NCBI GenBank assembly: GCA_043804895.1
Contig: JAZDIN010000058.1
Span: forward strand, 1-10,688
Length of the DNA stretch: 10,688 nt
Direction: 5' to 3'
Origin: Candidatus Altiarchaeota archaeon
GTDB taxonomy: Archaea; Altiarchaeota; Altiarchaeia; IMC4; SCGC-AAA252-I15
Within the stretch, counting starts at the first letter, position 1. Every line of letters begins with the position of its first letter. The position numbers and the translations under genes were made by a program. A model generated the notes under the pieces. The model worked only from the letters and a program-made list of their open reading frames with translations, had not been told where the DNA came from and searched no databases. Shown here one piece after another: positions 1 to 8,355 of this stretch.

Positions 1-283
1 AGCCTTCGATTATGTCTTCAGGCTCGTCCCAGCCCTCCATTCTAGTGTCGAGCGTGTACTCGGTGTTGCGCCAGCAGAACACGCAACGTTGCGTGCACCA
101 CCCGACTGCCGGAGTCATCTGCATGCAGCGGTGGCTTTCTATCCCATAGAACTTCTGCTTGTAGCAGAAACCCTCCCCCCTCAGGCTCTTCCCAAGCCAA
201 AGGCACGGTTTCACTGCACTGTGTCCTCCAACTAAGCTGTAGCGCTGTTTCGCCAATACACCCTTCAGTCCCTCAGGCAACAT
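1..283 (-). CDS. taw1: 4-demethylwyosine synthase TYW1/Taw1 (radical SAM tRNA-modifying enzyme), N-terminal part; runs off the window edge
   Basis: Manual translation from ATG at 283: MLPEGLKGVLAKQRYSLVGGHSAVKPCLWLGKSLRGEGFCYKQKFYGIESHRCMQMTPAVGWCTQRCVFCWR. It has the TYW1 signatures HSAVKxCxW and CYKxxFYGIxSHRCxQMTP and the radical SAM CxxxCxxC motif. Not in the supplied ORF track. Confidence 0.93.
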   Translation of the reverse strand, partial: MLPEGLKGVLAKQRYSLVGGHSAVKPCLWLGKSLRGEGFCYKQKFYGIESHRCMQMTPAVGWCTQRCVFCWRNTEYTLDTRMEGWDEPEDIIEG

Positions 284-346
284 AGTATTGCTTTTAAACC
301 AGGAATCTTAATAAGTTGTATCAAACTACTTTGAGGTGTGACGCAT
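284..346. promoter_or_regulatory. Divergent promoter region for taw1 and the PRC-barrel gene, including an RBS
   Basis: TATA-like TTTTAAA at 292-298; CTTATTAAG on the minus strand (315-307) about 24-32 nt upstream of the taw1 ATG; GAGGTG Shine-Dalgarno at 333-338 ahead of ATG 347. Confidence 0.5.
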
Positions 347-592
347 ATGGTGACATACATCATCGCCAGGCAACTAGGCGGGAAACCGGTTATAACAGTG
401 GGCGGCGAGGAACTCGGCCGCCTGGACGACGTCATCGTTGACGAGACGACAGGGGATTTTATCTCTATTATAGTGGAGCCGGTTGTTGAGGCACCCCCTA
501 GGGTCGCCTACCCGAAGGACAAGGAAGGCAACTACGTCATACCCTATGACGCCGTGAACGCTGTCAGCAAGGTTGTTGTAGTCAAGGAATAG
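347..592 (+). CDS. Stand-alone PRC-barrel protein, resembling the archaeal CdpB cell-division family
   Basis: PRC pattern LxGKxVxTxxGxxLGxLxDVxVDxxTG...IPYDAVxAVSxVVVV. ATG 347 is preferred to GTG 338 because GAGGTG at 333-338 is correctly spaced as an SD. Confidence 0.85.
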   Translation: MVTYIIARQLGGKPVITVGGEELGRLDDVIVDETTGDFISIIVEPVVEAPPRVAYPKDKEGNYVIPYDAVNAVSKVVVVKE

Positions 593-693
593 CCTGAAGA
601 CGCTGCTTTCCGACTTATCTTTAGCCCTCCAGGGCTGAGAGACTCAATCTTCTTTAGACCTCGTATGAGGTGTATTGGGCGTTGTGCCCTCAG

Positions 694-746
694 ATATACT
701 CGAGAGCATAGAAGCTAAGTCAATAGGGTTATGCTCTCGACTATAT
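694..746. repeat. Inverted repeat: perfect 11 bp, extendable by 5 bp past one mismatch
   Basis: TCGAGAGCATA (700-710) and TATGCTCTCGA (730-740) with a 19-nt spacer; flanking ATATA (694-698) and TATAT (742-746). Confidence 0.8.
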
Positions 747-752
747 TATAAA
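746..752 (+). promoter_or_regulatory. Putative TATA box of the DUF373 gene (leaderless-type spacing)
   Basis: TTATAAA lies 23-29 nt upstream of GTG 775, with no obvious SD. Confidence 0.55.
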
Positions 753-774
753 CCCGTAAGACACATAAACTAAT

Positions 775-2025
775 GTGAAACCCCTCGTGCTGTGCGTCGA
801 CAGAGACGATGACATCGGAAGAAAAGCAGGCACGAAAGGTCCGATCATCGGACGTGAAGATAATCTCGAAGTCGCGCAAAAACTGGCGTTAGCTGATCCA
901 GCCGACACCGACGTCAACGCCCTATACGGTGCTTTGAAGATAGCTGATGAGTTGAAGACTGACATTGTGACTCTCACCGGCAGCGAGAAGGTCGGCGTCA
1001 CATCTGACCGGGAGGTGGCCAGGCAGCTTGAGGAGGTGATGGTCAAGTGTAAGCCGGAGTCCGTTATATTCGTCTCAGACGGGATGGACGACGAACAACT
1101 CATACCGATAGTGCAGTCTAGGGTGAAGATAGACTCTGTGCAAAGAATAGTGGTGAGGCAGAGCAAGGAGCTTGAGAAGGCGTACTTCAAGCTAGACAAC
1201 TTCATGAGGGAAGTGACCGCGGACCCGACCCTCGCCAGGCTCATATTCGGCCTACCCGGTCTCATACTCCTCCTTCTTGGAATCGGCGGGGCTCAGGCGC
1301 TCAGCCTCATAATGGCAGTGATAGGAATCTACCTGATAATCAAGGGGTTCGGCTGGGAGGAGGAGTTCTTCACAAGGACGAGTGAATTCCTGAAGTCCCT
1401 CTCAGTGGAGAGGATAAGCACCATACTATACATCACAGCCTTCTTGACGTTCATGCTCGGCGTGAGCTACGCATACGGGGACCTCCAGAGGGGGAGCCTC
1501 ACATTCACAGACTCGACAGCGACACTGAACACGCTCGGCTTGTTCGTGCTAAACTCCAACTCACTGAACCTGATAGTCCTAGCAGCTATCATCGTCATCT
1601 CAGCCAGGCTTATAGACGACTGGAGCGCAAAGAGGGTCCTGCATGTGCGAAGATACCTCATACTAGTGGCGTTCATAGTGTTCATCAAGATAGTCCTCGA
1701 CAGCAGCGCAAACTATTTACTGAACGAGGAGTACGGGTTCGAGAGGTTCACTCTGAACGGCCTCATCGGCATCATCTCGCTCGGCATATGGATAAAACTG
1801 ACCGAGAACATCTTCATACACGAGATGGAGATAATCAACAAGCTGACAAAAGACGTAGCAGGCAAGGAGGTCGAGGACACGGAAGGCATCAAGATAGGAC
1901 GGGTCACACGGACAACAATAGAAAACCTCGAGCTCGCCGAGATACGCGTCGGTCGCAGAGCCTTCCGCAAGAAAGACATAGTCTCAGTCGGCAGAGTCAT
2001 CGTCGTCAACGCGAAAAAATCCTGA
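775..2025 (+). CDS. DUF373-family archaeal membrane protein with an apparent C-terminal PRC-barrel domain
   Basis: N-terminal LVLCVDRDDDIGxKAG..P.IGRE.N...A.KLALADP.D.D.N, plus VSDG.DDE..IP.VQSR and R.VVRQS motifs, are typical of DUF373. About 6 hydrophobic segments follow. The C-terminus VAGKEVEDTEGIKIGRV...DIVSVGRVIVV is PRC-like. Confidence 0.85.
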   Translation: MKPLVLCVDRDDDIGRKAGTKGPIIGREDNLEVAQKLALADPADTDVNALYGALKIADELKTDIVTLTGSEKVGVTSDREVARQLEEVMVKCKPESVIFVSDGMDDEQLIPIVQSRVKIDSVQRIVVRQSKELEKAYFKLDNFMREVTADPTLARLIFGLPGLILLLLGIGGAQALSLIMAVIGIYLIIKGFGWEEEFFTRTSEFLKSLSVERISTILYITAFLTFMLGVSYAYGDLQRGSLTFTDSTATLNTLGLFVLNSNSLNLIVLAAIIVISARLIDDWSAKRVLHVRRYLILVAFIVFIKIVLDSSANYLLNEEYGFERFTLNGLIGIISLGIWIKLTENIFIHEMEIINKLTKDVAGKEVEDTEGIKIGRVTRTTIENLELAEIRVGRRAFRKKDIVSVGRVIVVNAKKS

Positions 2026-2034
2026 ATCTACACA

Positions 2035-2493
2035 ATGGCCAGGAAGGGGCGCAACTTCAATAATGGCATAACATCTACTAATGTCAAATCGTCCGAGGAG
2101 TTCCTCGGCAGGTTCGAGCACGACACCGAAGTCATGACCGAGATTAGGGAGTTTGCCTCAAGAAAACGCGTGAAGTCTGCGGTCTTCTCAATGATAGGCG
2201 CGGTGAAGTCTGCGACCATAAGCTACTACGACCAGAAAGCCCGCAAATACCACGATATCGAATTCAACGAGCCGATGGAAGTCGTCCACTGCACTGGAAA
2301 CATCTGCATAAAAGACGGCAAATCGATAGTGCATGCGCACGCATGCCTCGCCCATGAGGACGGGAGGGCTGTGGGCGGCCATCTGGTTGCGATGCGCGTC
2401 TTCGCAGGGGAGATACACATCAAAATCTTCAGGAACAAAATCATCAGGGCCTTTGACGAGAAGACTGGCCTGAACCTACTGGACTTGAGTTAA
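2035..2493 (+). CDS. PPC/DUF296 domain protein (AF0104-like, putative metal/DNA binding)
   Basis: IGAV..A...YYD, E....GN and HAH..LA...G...GGHL motifs; C-terminal R.FDEKTGLNLL. Confidence 0.88.
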   Translation: MARKGRNFNNGITSTNVKSSEEFLGRFEHDTEVMTEIREFASRKRVKSAVFSMIGAVKSATISYYDQKARKYHDIEFNEPMEVVHCTGNICIKDGKSIVHAHACLAHEDGRAVGGHLVAMRVFAGEIHIKIFRNKIIRAFDEKTGLNLLDLS

Positions 2494-3375
2494 CGCCTGG
2501 AATATCACCTCAAGGACGTTCCCGAAATACAGGGTGAGTGGCAGGCTAATCAGCAGGATGGGTGCGAATTTGATGCCCCAGCGTATCCTTATCGCGTCAG
2601 GTATCCTCCCGGAAGCTGCAAGCTCCCTAATCCTTGCCAGCTGCTCCGGAGTTATGCCCTCGATATTCCGCCTCTGCGCCACCCTCACACCATCGACCAC
2701 CAAGTCCTCGGAGAGTATGTCCCACTCCTTAAGCTCAGATATCCGGATGCCCTTGGTCAGGACAATCTCCTCCACAGCCTTCATATAGATTGTGGCAAGC
2801 AGGAACAGTGGCACAAGAAGGTACGTGTAAAGGAGGACTCCAAAACCAAGATAAAAAGCAAGGAGTGCGGGCATAACGCTCACAAACACAAACACTAGAT
2901 TCCTCGGCTCACGCAACCTACTCAAAAAATAGGAGAACACGACCGGTCTCCCAAGGCCAAGCACCAGCGTGTAGACTATGACATAGGGCGTTGACATGAA
3001 TGCCATGTCTATCAGATATGTTACAAATGGTGGCATGTGGAAGCTTATGAACGAACTATTAGGCCATGTGAACCCTGTTGAATCCAGGTACCCGAGGAGG
3101 CAGCCAACCCCGGCTATTATTTTCACGTCCCCTCCGCCCCACCCACCGAAGTAGAAGACCACGTACCCCATCACAAACAATATCGCTCCGAATTCAACAG
3201 ACGCTAGTATGTGGCTCAAATCCCATGAGTAGACGCTGTGCGCCGCGGACACTGCGAGGATGAACGCAACAAGTCCCATACTGAACTTCTCAGGTATCTC
3301 GCCGGTCTTCAGGTCAGATATGCTCGCCAAAAGCAGCATCAACAGAGTCACAACAATCACAAGCAGTGTGAGCAT
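2476..3375 (-). CDS. A24-family prepilin/prearchaellin peptidase (FlaK/PibD-like GxGD aspartic protease)
   Basis: First catalytic Asp in ASISDLKTGEIP and second in WGGGDVK; multiple TM helices; C-terminal soluble insert and GIKFAP.I motif. Confidence 0.88.
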   Translation of the reverse strand: MLTLLVIVVTLLMLLLASISDLKTGEIPEKFSMGLVAFILAVSAAHSVYSWDLSHILASVEFGAILFVMGYVVFYFGGWGGGDVKIIAGVGCLLGYLDSTGFTWPNSSFISFHMPPFVTYLIDMAFMSTPYVIVYTLVLGLGRPVVFSYFLSRLREPRNLVFVFVSVMPALLAFYLGFGVLLYTYLLVPLFLLATIYMKAVEEIVLTKGIRISELKEWDILSEDLVVDGVRVAQRRNIEGITPEQLARIRELAASGRIPDAIRIRWGIKFAPILLISLPLTLYFGNVLEVIFQALTQVQ

Positions 3376-3452
3376 TACCTTAGATATTGAGCCCTGCTCA
3401 ATATAAGGGTGGGTCTAAGAGTTTTTTATACGCCACCTACCTATCATCTCAT
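3376..3452. promoter_or_regulatory. Back-to-back promoters for the peptidase and the Thr-rich protein
   Basis: CTTATATT on the minus strand (3407-3400) is 25-32 nt upstream of ATG 3375. TTTTTATA (3423-3430) is 23-30 nt upstream of ATG 3453 and is preceded by purine-rich AAGAG. Confidence 0.55.
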
Positions 3453-3929
3453 ATGAGATTTCTTCCGGCATTTATCCTACTCTCCCTCGCGTCAACTGCT
3501 TCAGCCTACTCCCTCACCGGAATCTGCTTCCTGGACTCTTTCATCAACGGACTTGACACACTATCAACCATTGTCACTGACGTCATCAGCCCAACGACCA
3601 CGACAACGACCACAACGACAACGACCACGACGACCACCACAACCACCCTATGGACTACGACGACCAGCACTTCAACAACGACTACAACGACCACCACAAC
3701 CACCCTATTCGAAGGCAAATGCAGGGTGAACGAAGACTGCCCGAGCAACGTGGAGTACAAGTGCAACTTTGACGGTAACCTAGACAGGATAACAAACGTG
3801 TTCCACTGCGAGAATCCAGGATTTCAGAATTCAACATGCAAGGGCAGGTCAGTTCTGAGAAAGGACTTCGACATATGCGGCCAGGAAAAGGTATGCGCCA
3901 ACGGAGTCGACCACTGCGTAGAGACTTAG
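3453..3929 (+). CDS. Secreted hypothetical protein: signal peptide, poly-Thr linker, 8-Cys C-terminal domain
   Basis: MRFLPAFILLSLASTASA is a Sec-type signal with AxA. It is followed by an 18-Thr run, a second Thr/Ser run, and a domain with 8 Cys. ATG 3453 is preferred to TTG 3387. Confidence 0.75.
   Translation: MRFLPAFILLSLASTASAYSLTGICFLDSFINGLDTLSTIVTDVISPTTTTTTTTTTTTTTTTTTLWTTTTSTSTTTTTTTTTTLFEGKCRVNEDCPSNVEYKCNFDGNLDRITNVFHCENPGFQNSTCKGRSVLRKDFDICGQEKVCANGVDHCVET
3594..3708 (+). repeat. ACN-codon low-complexity tract with a 22-bp exact internal direct repeat
   Basis: ACGACCACCACAACCACCCTAT at 3630-3651 and 3687-3708 (57-nt offset, in frame). Confidence 0.85.
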
Positions 3930-4756
3930 CCCATCCGAAGCGTAATCACCACCACCTCAGGCCTCACGAGGAATCTTACCGGCACAAACACCATCCCAAC
4001 CCCTTTCGTGACTATCAGCCTGCTGCCCCCAACGTCAAAAACGCCTGCAACGTACTTCTGCCTAAGCCTTGAAGGCAGATGGGGGGCCAATAGTGTGACT
4101 GGCAGAATCTGCCCACCATGGGTGTGGCCGCTCACTATGAGGCCTATGTCCAAATCCTTCACCTCATCTGCGTAGGCCGGGTTATGTGACATGAGTATGA
4201 TGAAATCACCCTCCTTAGTGTCTCCTATGGTTGGTGATATGTTCTGGCTTTCAGTCCAGAGGTCCCCTACTCCGCCAACCTTTATCCTCGCCCCACCTTG
4301 AGTAACCCACATGGCTTTGTTATCCAATACAGTGATCCCAGCATCCTCTAGAGAACTCTTCGTCAATTCGGCGCCAGCCCAGTTGTCATGGTTCCCAAGG
4401 ACTGCGAACACACCCAACGGCGCATGCAGGCTTTTAAGTTCCCTTACGCACTCTGGGATGTATCCTGCCCCTCCCAACACGTAGTCGCCACCAAGCAGTA
4501 CCATATCTGGCTTCAACGAATCTATCAGGCCAACTAATTCCTTCAGCCGCCCTGTGGAAAAAAACTGCCCGCAGTGTATGTCAGAAGCGAATACAATCCT
4601 TACTCCATCGAATTCTCTCGGAAGGTGAGGGCTGACAAATTCAACCTCATTGACTTGCACAAAATACGGCTCTATAAGCGAATATGCTAAGAGAAGGAAC
4701 ACTAGCACGATAATAGTCAAGACCATCCGCTTCATGGACGATGACGTCAACCTCAC
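3926..4756 (-). CDS. Calcineurin-like metallophosphoesterase (YkuE/YaeI-like) with an N-terminal membrane anchor
   Basis: SDIH, GGD, GNHD, SHNP and GHTHGGQ motifs. The start may be GTG 4756 (GTGA overlap with hsp20) or a nearby downstream ATG. Confidence 0.92.
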   Translation of the reverse strand: MRLTSSSMKRMVLTIIVLVFLLLAYSLIEPYFVQVNEVEFVSPHLPREFDGVRIVFASDIHCGQFFSTGRLKELVGLIDSLKPDMVLLGGDYVLGGAGYIPECVRELKSLHAPLGVFAVLGNHDNWAGAELTKSSLEDAGITVLDNKAMWVTQGGARIKVGGVGDLWTESQNISPTIGDTKEGDFIILMSHNPAYADEVKDLDIGLIVSGHTHGGQILPVTLLAPHLPSRLRQKYVAGVFDVGGSRLIVTKGVGMVFVPVRFLVRPEVVVITLRMG

Positions 4757-5223
4757 TGGACCTGCACCCTGCGGCCTGCGGTGTTGTCGTCAGCCCTCTT
4801 CAAGACGACCTCAAGGACTCCATTGTTGTAACGGGCCACCGCCGTCTCAGGCTTCACACGGCAGGAAAGCCTAACATCCTTTATATACTTCCTCAGCGGC
4901 CTGTCAACTGTAATCAGCACGCTCTCAACGCTCGTGCGCAAGTCAATGTCAGATTTGTCAACCCCTGGCAGTTCAGCGACTACTGAGACTGAATCAACCT
5001 TCTCGATGACATCAGTCACAGGCTCCATGAAACCGCTCGTGCCGTAGGGGGACACGTTCCCGAACTCCTCGAAGATGGGCCTCCCATCCTTGGTGAAAGA
5101 TAAGGTAAGGCCGTAGACTAAAGGTTCGCTCGAAAAAGGCTTCTGGGAGGCTATTTTCGCTTCCTCGAACATCCTCCTCACCTTCTCCTGGAAGTCCACG
5201 CTCTCTCCGCCGTAGTATATCAT
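4753..5223 (-). CDS. hsp20: Archaeal small heat-shock protein Hsp20 (alpha-crystallin domain)
   Basis: PLVYG......DGRP..EEFGN archaeal Hsp20 motif; EP.TDV, VVAELPGVDK.DI and A.YNNGVLEV; C-terminal VQV (IxI-type) motif. Confidence 0.92.
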   Translation of the reverse strand: MIYYGGESVDFQEKVRRMFEEAKIASQKPFSSEPLVYGLTLSFTKDGRPIFEEFGNVSPYGTSGFMEPVTDVIEKVDSVSVVAELPGVDKSDIDLRTSVESVLITVDRPLRKYIKDVRLSCRVKPETAVARYNNGVLEVVLKRADDNTAGRRVQVQ

Positions 5224-5229
5224 TGTAGA

Positions 5230-6144
5230 TTATTGGTTGGAAAGCAATTTAAATAACTCACTTGGCGACTTTATCTTGGAAAGCTCATCCGGACTCATCA
5301 CAGACACGCTGCTTCTGACCCTACGCTCGCTTATGCAGACCGTGTAACCATCCAGGATCTCGGACACCTCCTCAAGGACCGACAGCTTGTCCTGAAGCCT
5401 CCGCCAGTCGTTGCTGACGACGCTAAAGACCTTCTCCCTCTGGCTTGCTATTATGTCAAACGGAGCGTTGGTCATCGCAGTGTTGAATCCAATATCCTCA
5501 AATTCCTGCCTGACCATCCTCTTGAGGGATGCTCCAATAATGTTAGAATCCGACGGGAGTTGCGGCTTTTCAAACGTTAGCTTGAATTCAGACTGGGCGA
5601 AATCCTCCCCAAACAAGTCAATCAGACGCTCAAAGACCTCAAGGCTGACGCTGCCTGAGCTTTCGTACCTGTAGACCGACTGCTTTGAGACGCCAAGTCT
5701 CCTGGCAAGCGACTCCTGAGTCAAGCCCATCCTCCTCCTCGCTTCAGAAAGCAGCCCAACATCAACCCTGACACAGTAGTTGCCCCGCTCAGAATGGGCT
5801 CTCGGCTGCCTCCCGTTTATTATGCCCTCGACCGTTTTGATGTTAGACACGCAAATGCCGTAACGGTCGTAGACGACGCCGTCCGCCAAATCAGACGACT
5901 TCATACGCTCGCCAACGACCACCGGGACACCGCCCAAAAGCACAGAAACAATCTTCAACTCAGAGGCGCTCTCCCGGCTGAAACCCTCGACATTAGCAAG
6001 GGCCTTCACCAAAAGGAGCATCTCACCCCTCTTTGCTAAAACATCAAAGCTGCTTCTTGAACCGCGGCAGTCCACAGCCCTGAAATCGGATTCGGCGAGC
6101 ATATGAAGCAGCGAATCCACCAGTCCCTTCTTGAACATACTCAC
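5230..6144 (-). CDS. Archaeal XRE-HTH putative transcriptional regulator (MJ1164-like, HTH flanked by PD-(D/E)xK-like domains)
   Basis: SFDVLAKR...LLLVK.L.N, L.DGVVY.RYG, RG.Y.V, a central HTH ARRRMGLTQESLARRLGVSKQSVYRYE, and APFDIIA. ATGA-type overlap with the aspartate kinase stop. Confidence 0.85.
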   Translation of the reverse strand: MSMFKKGLVDSLLHMLAESDFRAVDCRGSRSSFDVLAKRGEMLLLVKALANVEGFSRESASELKIVSVLLGGVPVVVGERMKSSDLADGVVYDRYGICVSNIKTVEGIINGRQPRAHSERGNYCVRVDVGLLSEARRRMGLTQESLARRLGVSKQSVYRYESSGSVSLEVFERLIDLFGEDFAQSEFKLTFEKPQLPSDSNIIGASLKRMVRQEFEDIGFNTAMTNAPFDIIASQREKVFSVVSNDWRRLQDKLSVLEEVSEILDGYTVCISERRVRSSVSVMSPDELSKIKSPSELFKLLSNQ

Positions 6145-7526
6145 CCTATGAACCTATCATGTATCGCTGCGACAACCCTGTTAGCGTCCTTAGATTTGAC
6201 CACAAAAGCGATGTTCAACTTGCTTGAACCCTGCGCTATCATTATGATGCTTACGCCGGCCTCATTCACGGCGCCGAAGACTCCGGCTGCTATCCCCTTC
6301 GCTGTGCGCATGCCAGCGCCAACCACAGTGACAATCGACACTTCCCGCAAAACCTCCATCCTGTCCATAAAACTCTTCGAGAACTTCTGGGACAGGAAGT
6401 GCATGGCATTCTCCAAATCAGTCTCCCTTATCACGAAGCTGAGGTTGCTCCAAGACCCGGACACCATGAGGATGTCAATGTTACCCTCCCCCAAGGCCGA
6501 AAAGAACCTACCAGCAACATTAGGGGAATCCACTAAACTAGAGCCCTCCATGTTAATAATCACAACATCCTTAGCAGATGCAACAGCCTTGATAACTTGC
6601 TCAGCCATCTTCTGCTCCTTAACGATCAGGGTGCCCTCACAACTCGGGTTGAACGTGTTCTTCACCCACACAGGAATCTTAGCTGTCATGGCAGGTTCAA
6701 TCATCTTGCTGTGGATTACCCTAGCCCCATAATAAGCCAAATCCAAGGCCTCAGAGTAGGACAGCGTAGGTATGAGTTTCGCATGAGGCACGACCTTCGG
6801 GTCAGTGGTCAGTATCCCATCCACGTCAGTCCAAATCTGAACCTCCTCCGCATCCAAGTACTTCCCAAGAAGTGATGCAGTATAGTCTGAACCGCCCCTC
6901 CCAAGAGTGGTGATCCTACCCTTCTCATCAGCTGCTATGAAACCAGCCACAACAGGTGTGGCCCTGTTGACAAGCTTCTTTAAAATCTCCCCGACCTTCT
7001 TCTTAGATTTCACGTGCAACGGATTAGCCCTGCCGAACACGGAGTCGGTGACAATACCGGCCTCACCACCGCTTAATGCAACCGACCTCACACCAGCTGA
7101 AACCAAAGCACCGGACATAACCAGGATGTTCAACCTCTCCCCGAATGACATCACATAATCAAGGCTCCTGGGGCTCAAATCCTCAAGGTAACCCACACCC
7201 AAGAGAGCGACCCTCAACTTCTCAATCAACTCCATAGACTTGCCCAAAACCTCAGACCTGACGCTCTTCTTACCAACAGCAACCACAATCGCATTACGCT
7301 GCTGAATCGCCAAATCCCTGCAGAAGGCATCAACCCCGTGCTCAACATTATTGTTAGGCAGATTCACAACAGACCTGGCCATGCTAATCAACCGGTCAGT
7401 GACACCAGACATAGCCGACACCACGACAATCTTCTTCCGATTCTCGGCCTTCACTAGCTTCACTACGTTGCGAATCCTCTCCCCATCGGCGACAGACGTC
7501 CCGCCGAACTTCATAACCACAACCAT
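6141..7526 (-). CDS. lysC: Aspartate kinase with two C-terminal ACT domains
   Basis: VMKFGGTSV, VVVSAMSGVTD, SFGERL, TTLGRGGSDYTA, IWTDVDGILTTDP, SY.EA..LAY.GA.V.H and KNTFNP motifs. Confidence 0.96.
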   Translation of the reverse strand: MVVVMKFGGTSVADGERIRNVVKLVKAENRKKIVVVSAMSGVTDRLISMARSVVNLPNNNVEHGVDAFCRDLAIQQRNAIVVAVGKKSVRSEVLGKSMELIEKLRVALLGVGYLEDLSPRSLDYVMSFGERLNILVMSGALVSAGVRSVALSGGEAGIVTDSVFGRANPLHVKSKKKVGEILKKLVNRATPVVAGFIAADEKGRITTLGRGGSDYTASLLGKYLDAEEVQIWTDVDGILTTDPKVVPHAKLIPTLSYSEALDLAYYGARVIHSKMIEPAMTAKIPVWVKNTFNPSCEGTLIVKEQKMAEQVIKAVASAKDVVIINMEGSSLVDSPNVAGRFFSALGEGNIDILMVSGSWSNLSFVIRETDLENAMHFLSQKFSKSFMDRMEVLREVSIVTVVGAGMRTAKGIAAGVFGAVNEAGVSIIMIAQGSSKLNIAFVVKSKDANRVVAAIHDRFIG

Positions 7527-7563
7527 GATACCAAATAATGTAAAAACGAGGTAAAAAACGCAC

Positions 7564-8355
7564 TTACAGGACCCTTGTGGGGTTCACCTCTATTCCGCGG
7601 CCTTCGACGAACTCGAACATATAAGGTTTCAGGGTATGGTTTGTAGCCCTCATTTTCCTGATTCTGACTACACGTATGTGCATTGCGTCATTTATGTCCA
7701 GCTCCACTATCCCATCCGCGAGGAAGGACTCGTATGATTCGCAACTGGCAGTTAAACTACTGACCTCGGAGAGGAGGTATGTCGTGATACCCAACGCCTT
7801 AGCCTTCTGTATGATGTTGAGTACCAGCTCGTAGTGGTCCTCTGGATCGTACCGTTGGTTGAGTGACTTCAGCATGAGACGGTTCTTCCTCCCAAGCGAG
7901 TTCAGGCTGTCTATGACAAGCCTAGTGTGACCCTCCCTACTCATCTGCCTGAACATGGAGTCTATAAACTTCTCAAACTGTTTAGGATCCTTGATATCAC
8001 TCTTCCCCCTCGGATTTCCATGCGCCTTGGCATCGTCGAACAAAGCCTTGACGTCAGGCTTACAGAGTATGTCGTTCGGTATGCTGCGGTCGAAAAAAGA
8101 TATCAACCCAGACTCTACATGCTCCTTCAGGTTGGGCAGCAGCCTAAGGTTCTCTGATATTATCTCACTGGAGCCTTGTTCGAGTGTAAAGTAAGCTCCC
8201 TTCTGATTCTCAGAGGCTCCCTGTGCTAAAAACATCAGCCCCATGGTGGTCTTGCCTGAGCCGGAGACTCCCTTAATGAGCGTGCTCCTACCCCTCGGTA
8301 TCCCCCCCTCAATCACCCGGTCTAACCCCGCTATGCCTGTTGATACCCTGTCCAA
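7564..8355 (-). CDS. Single-domain KaiC/RAD55-like ATPase
   Basis: RVSTGI.GLD....GGIP, Walker A GVSGSGKT, Walker B LVIDS, ESFLADGIV, and R...I.KMR.T.H. TTG start with a GGAGG SD at 8367-8363. Confidence 0.92.
   Translation of the reverse strand: MDRVSTGIAGLDRVIEGGIPRGRSTLIKGVSGSGKTTMGLMFLAQGASENQKGAYFTLEQGSSEIISENLRLLPNLKEHVESGLISFFDRSIPNDILCKPDVKALFDDAKAHGNPRGKSDIKDPKQFEKFIDSMFRQMSREGHTRLVIDSLNSLGRKNRLMLKSLNQRYDPEDHYELVLNIIQKAKALGITTYLLSEVSSLTASCESYESFLADGIVELDINDAMHIRVVRIRKMRATNHTLKPYMFEFVEGRGIEVNPTRVL

Noticed and set aside
700-740. Archaeal SECIS in the GAA-containing hairpins (here and at 9768-9797)
   Set aside because: The short GC stem after GAA does not form properly, and no in-frame UGA selenoprotein candidate is nearby.
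3453-3520. Thr-rich protein as a pilin substrate of the adjacent peptidase
   Set aside because: The N-terminus is a standard Sec/SPI signal with AxA, not a class III (K/R-G/A then hydrophobic) signal.
3506-3766. Poly-Val ORF on the minus strand
   Set aside because: Simply the reverse complement of the poly-Thr codons.
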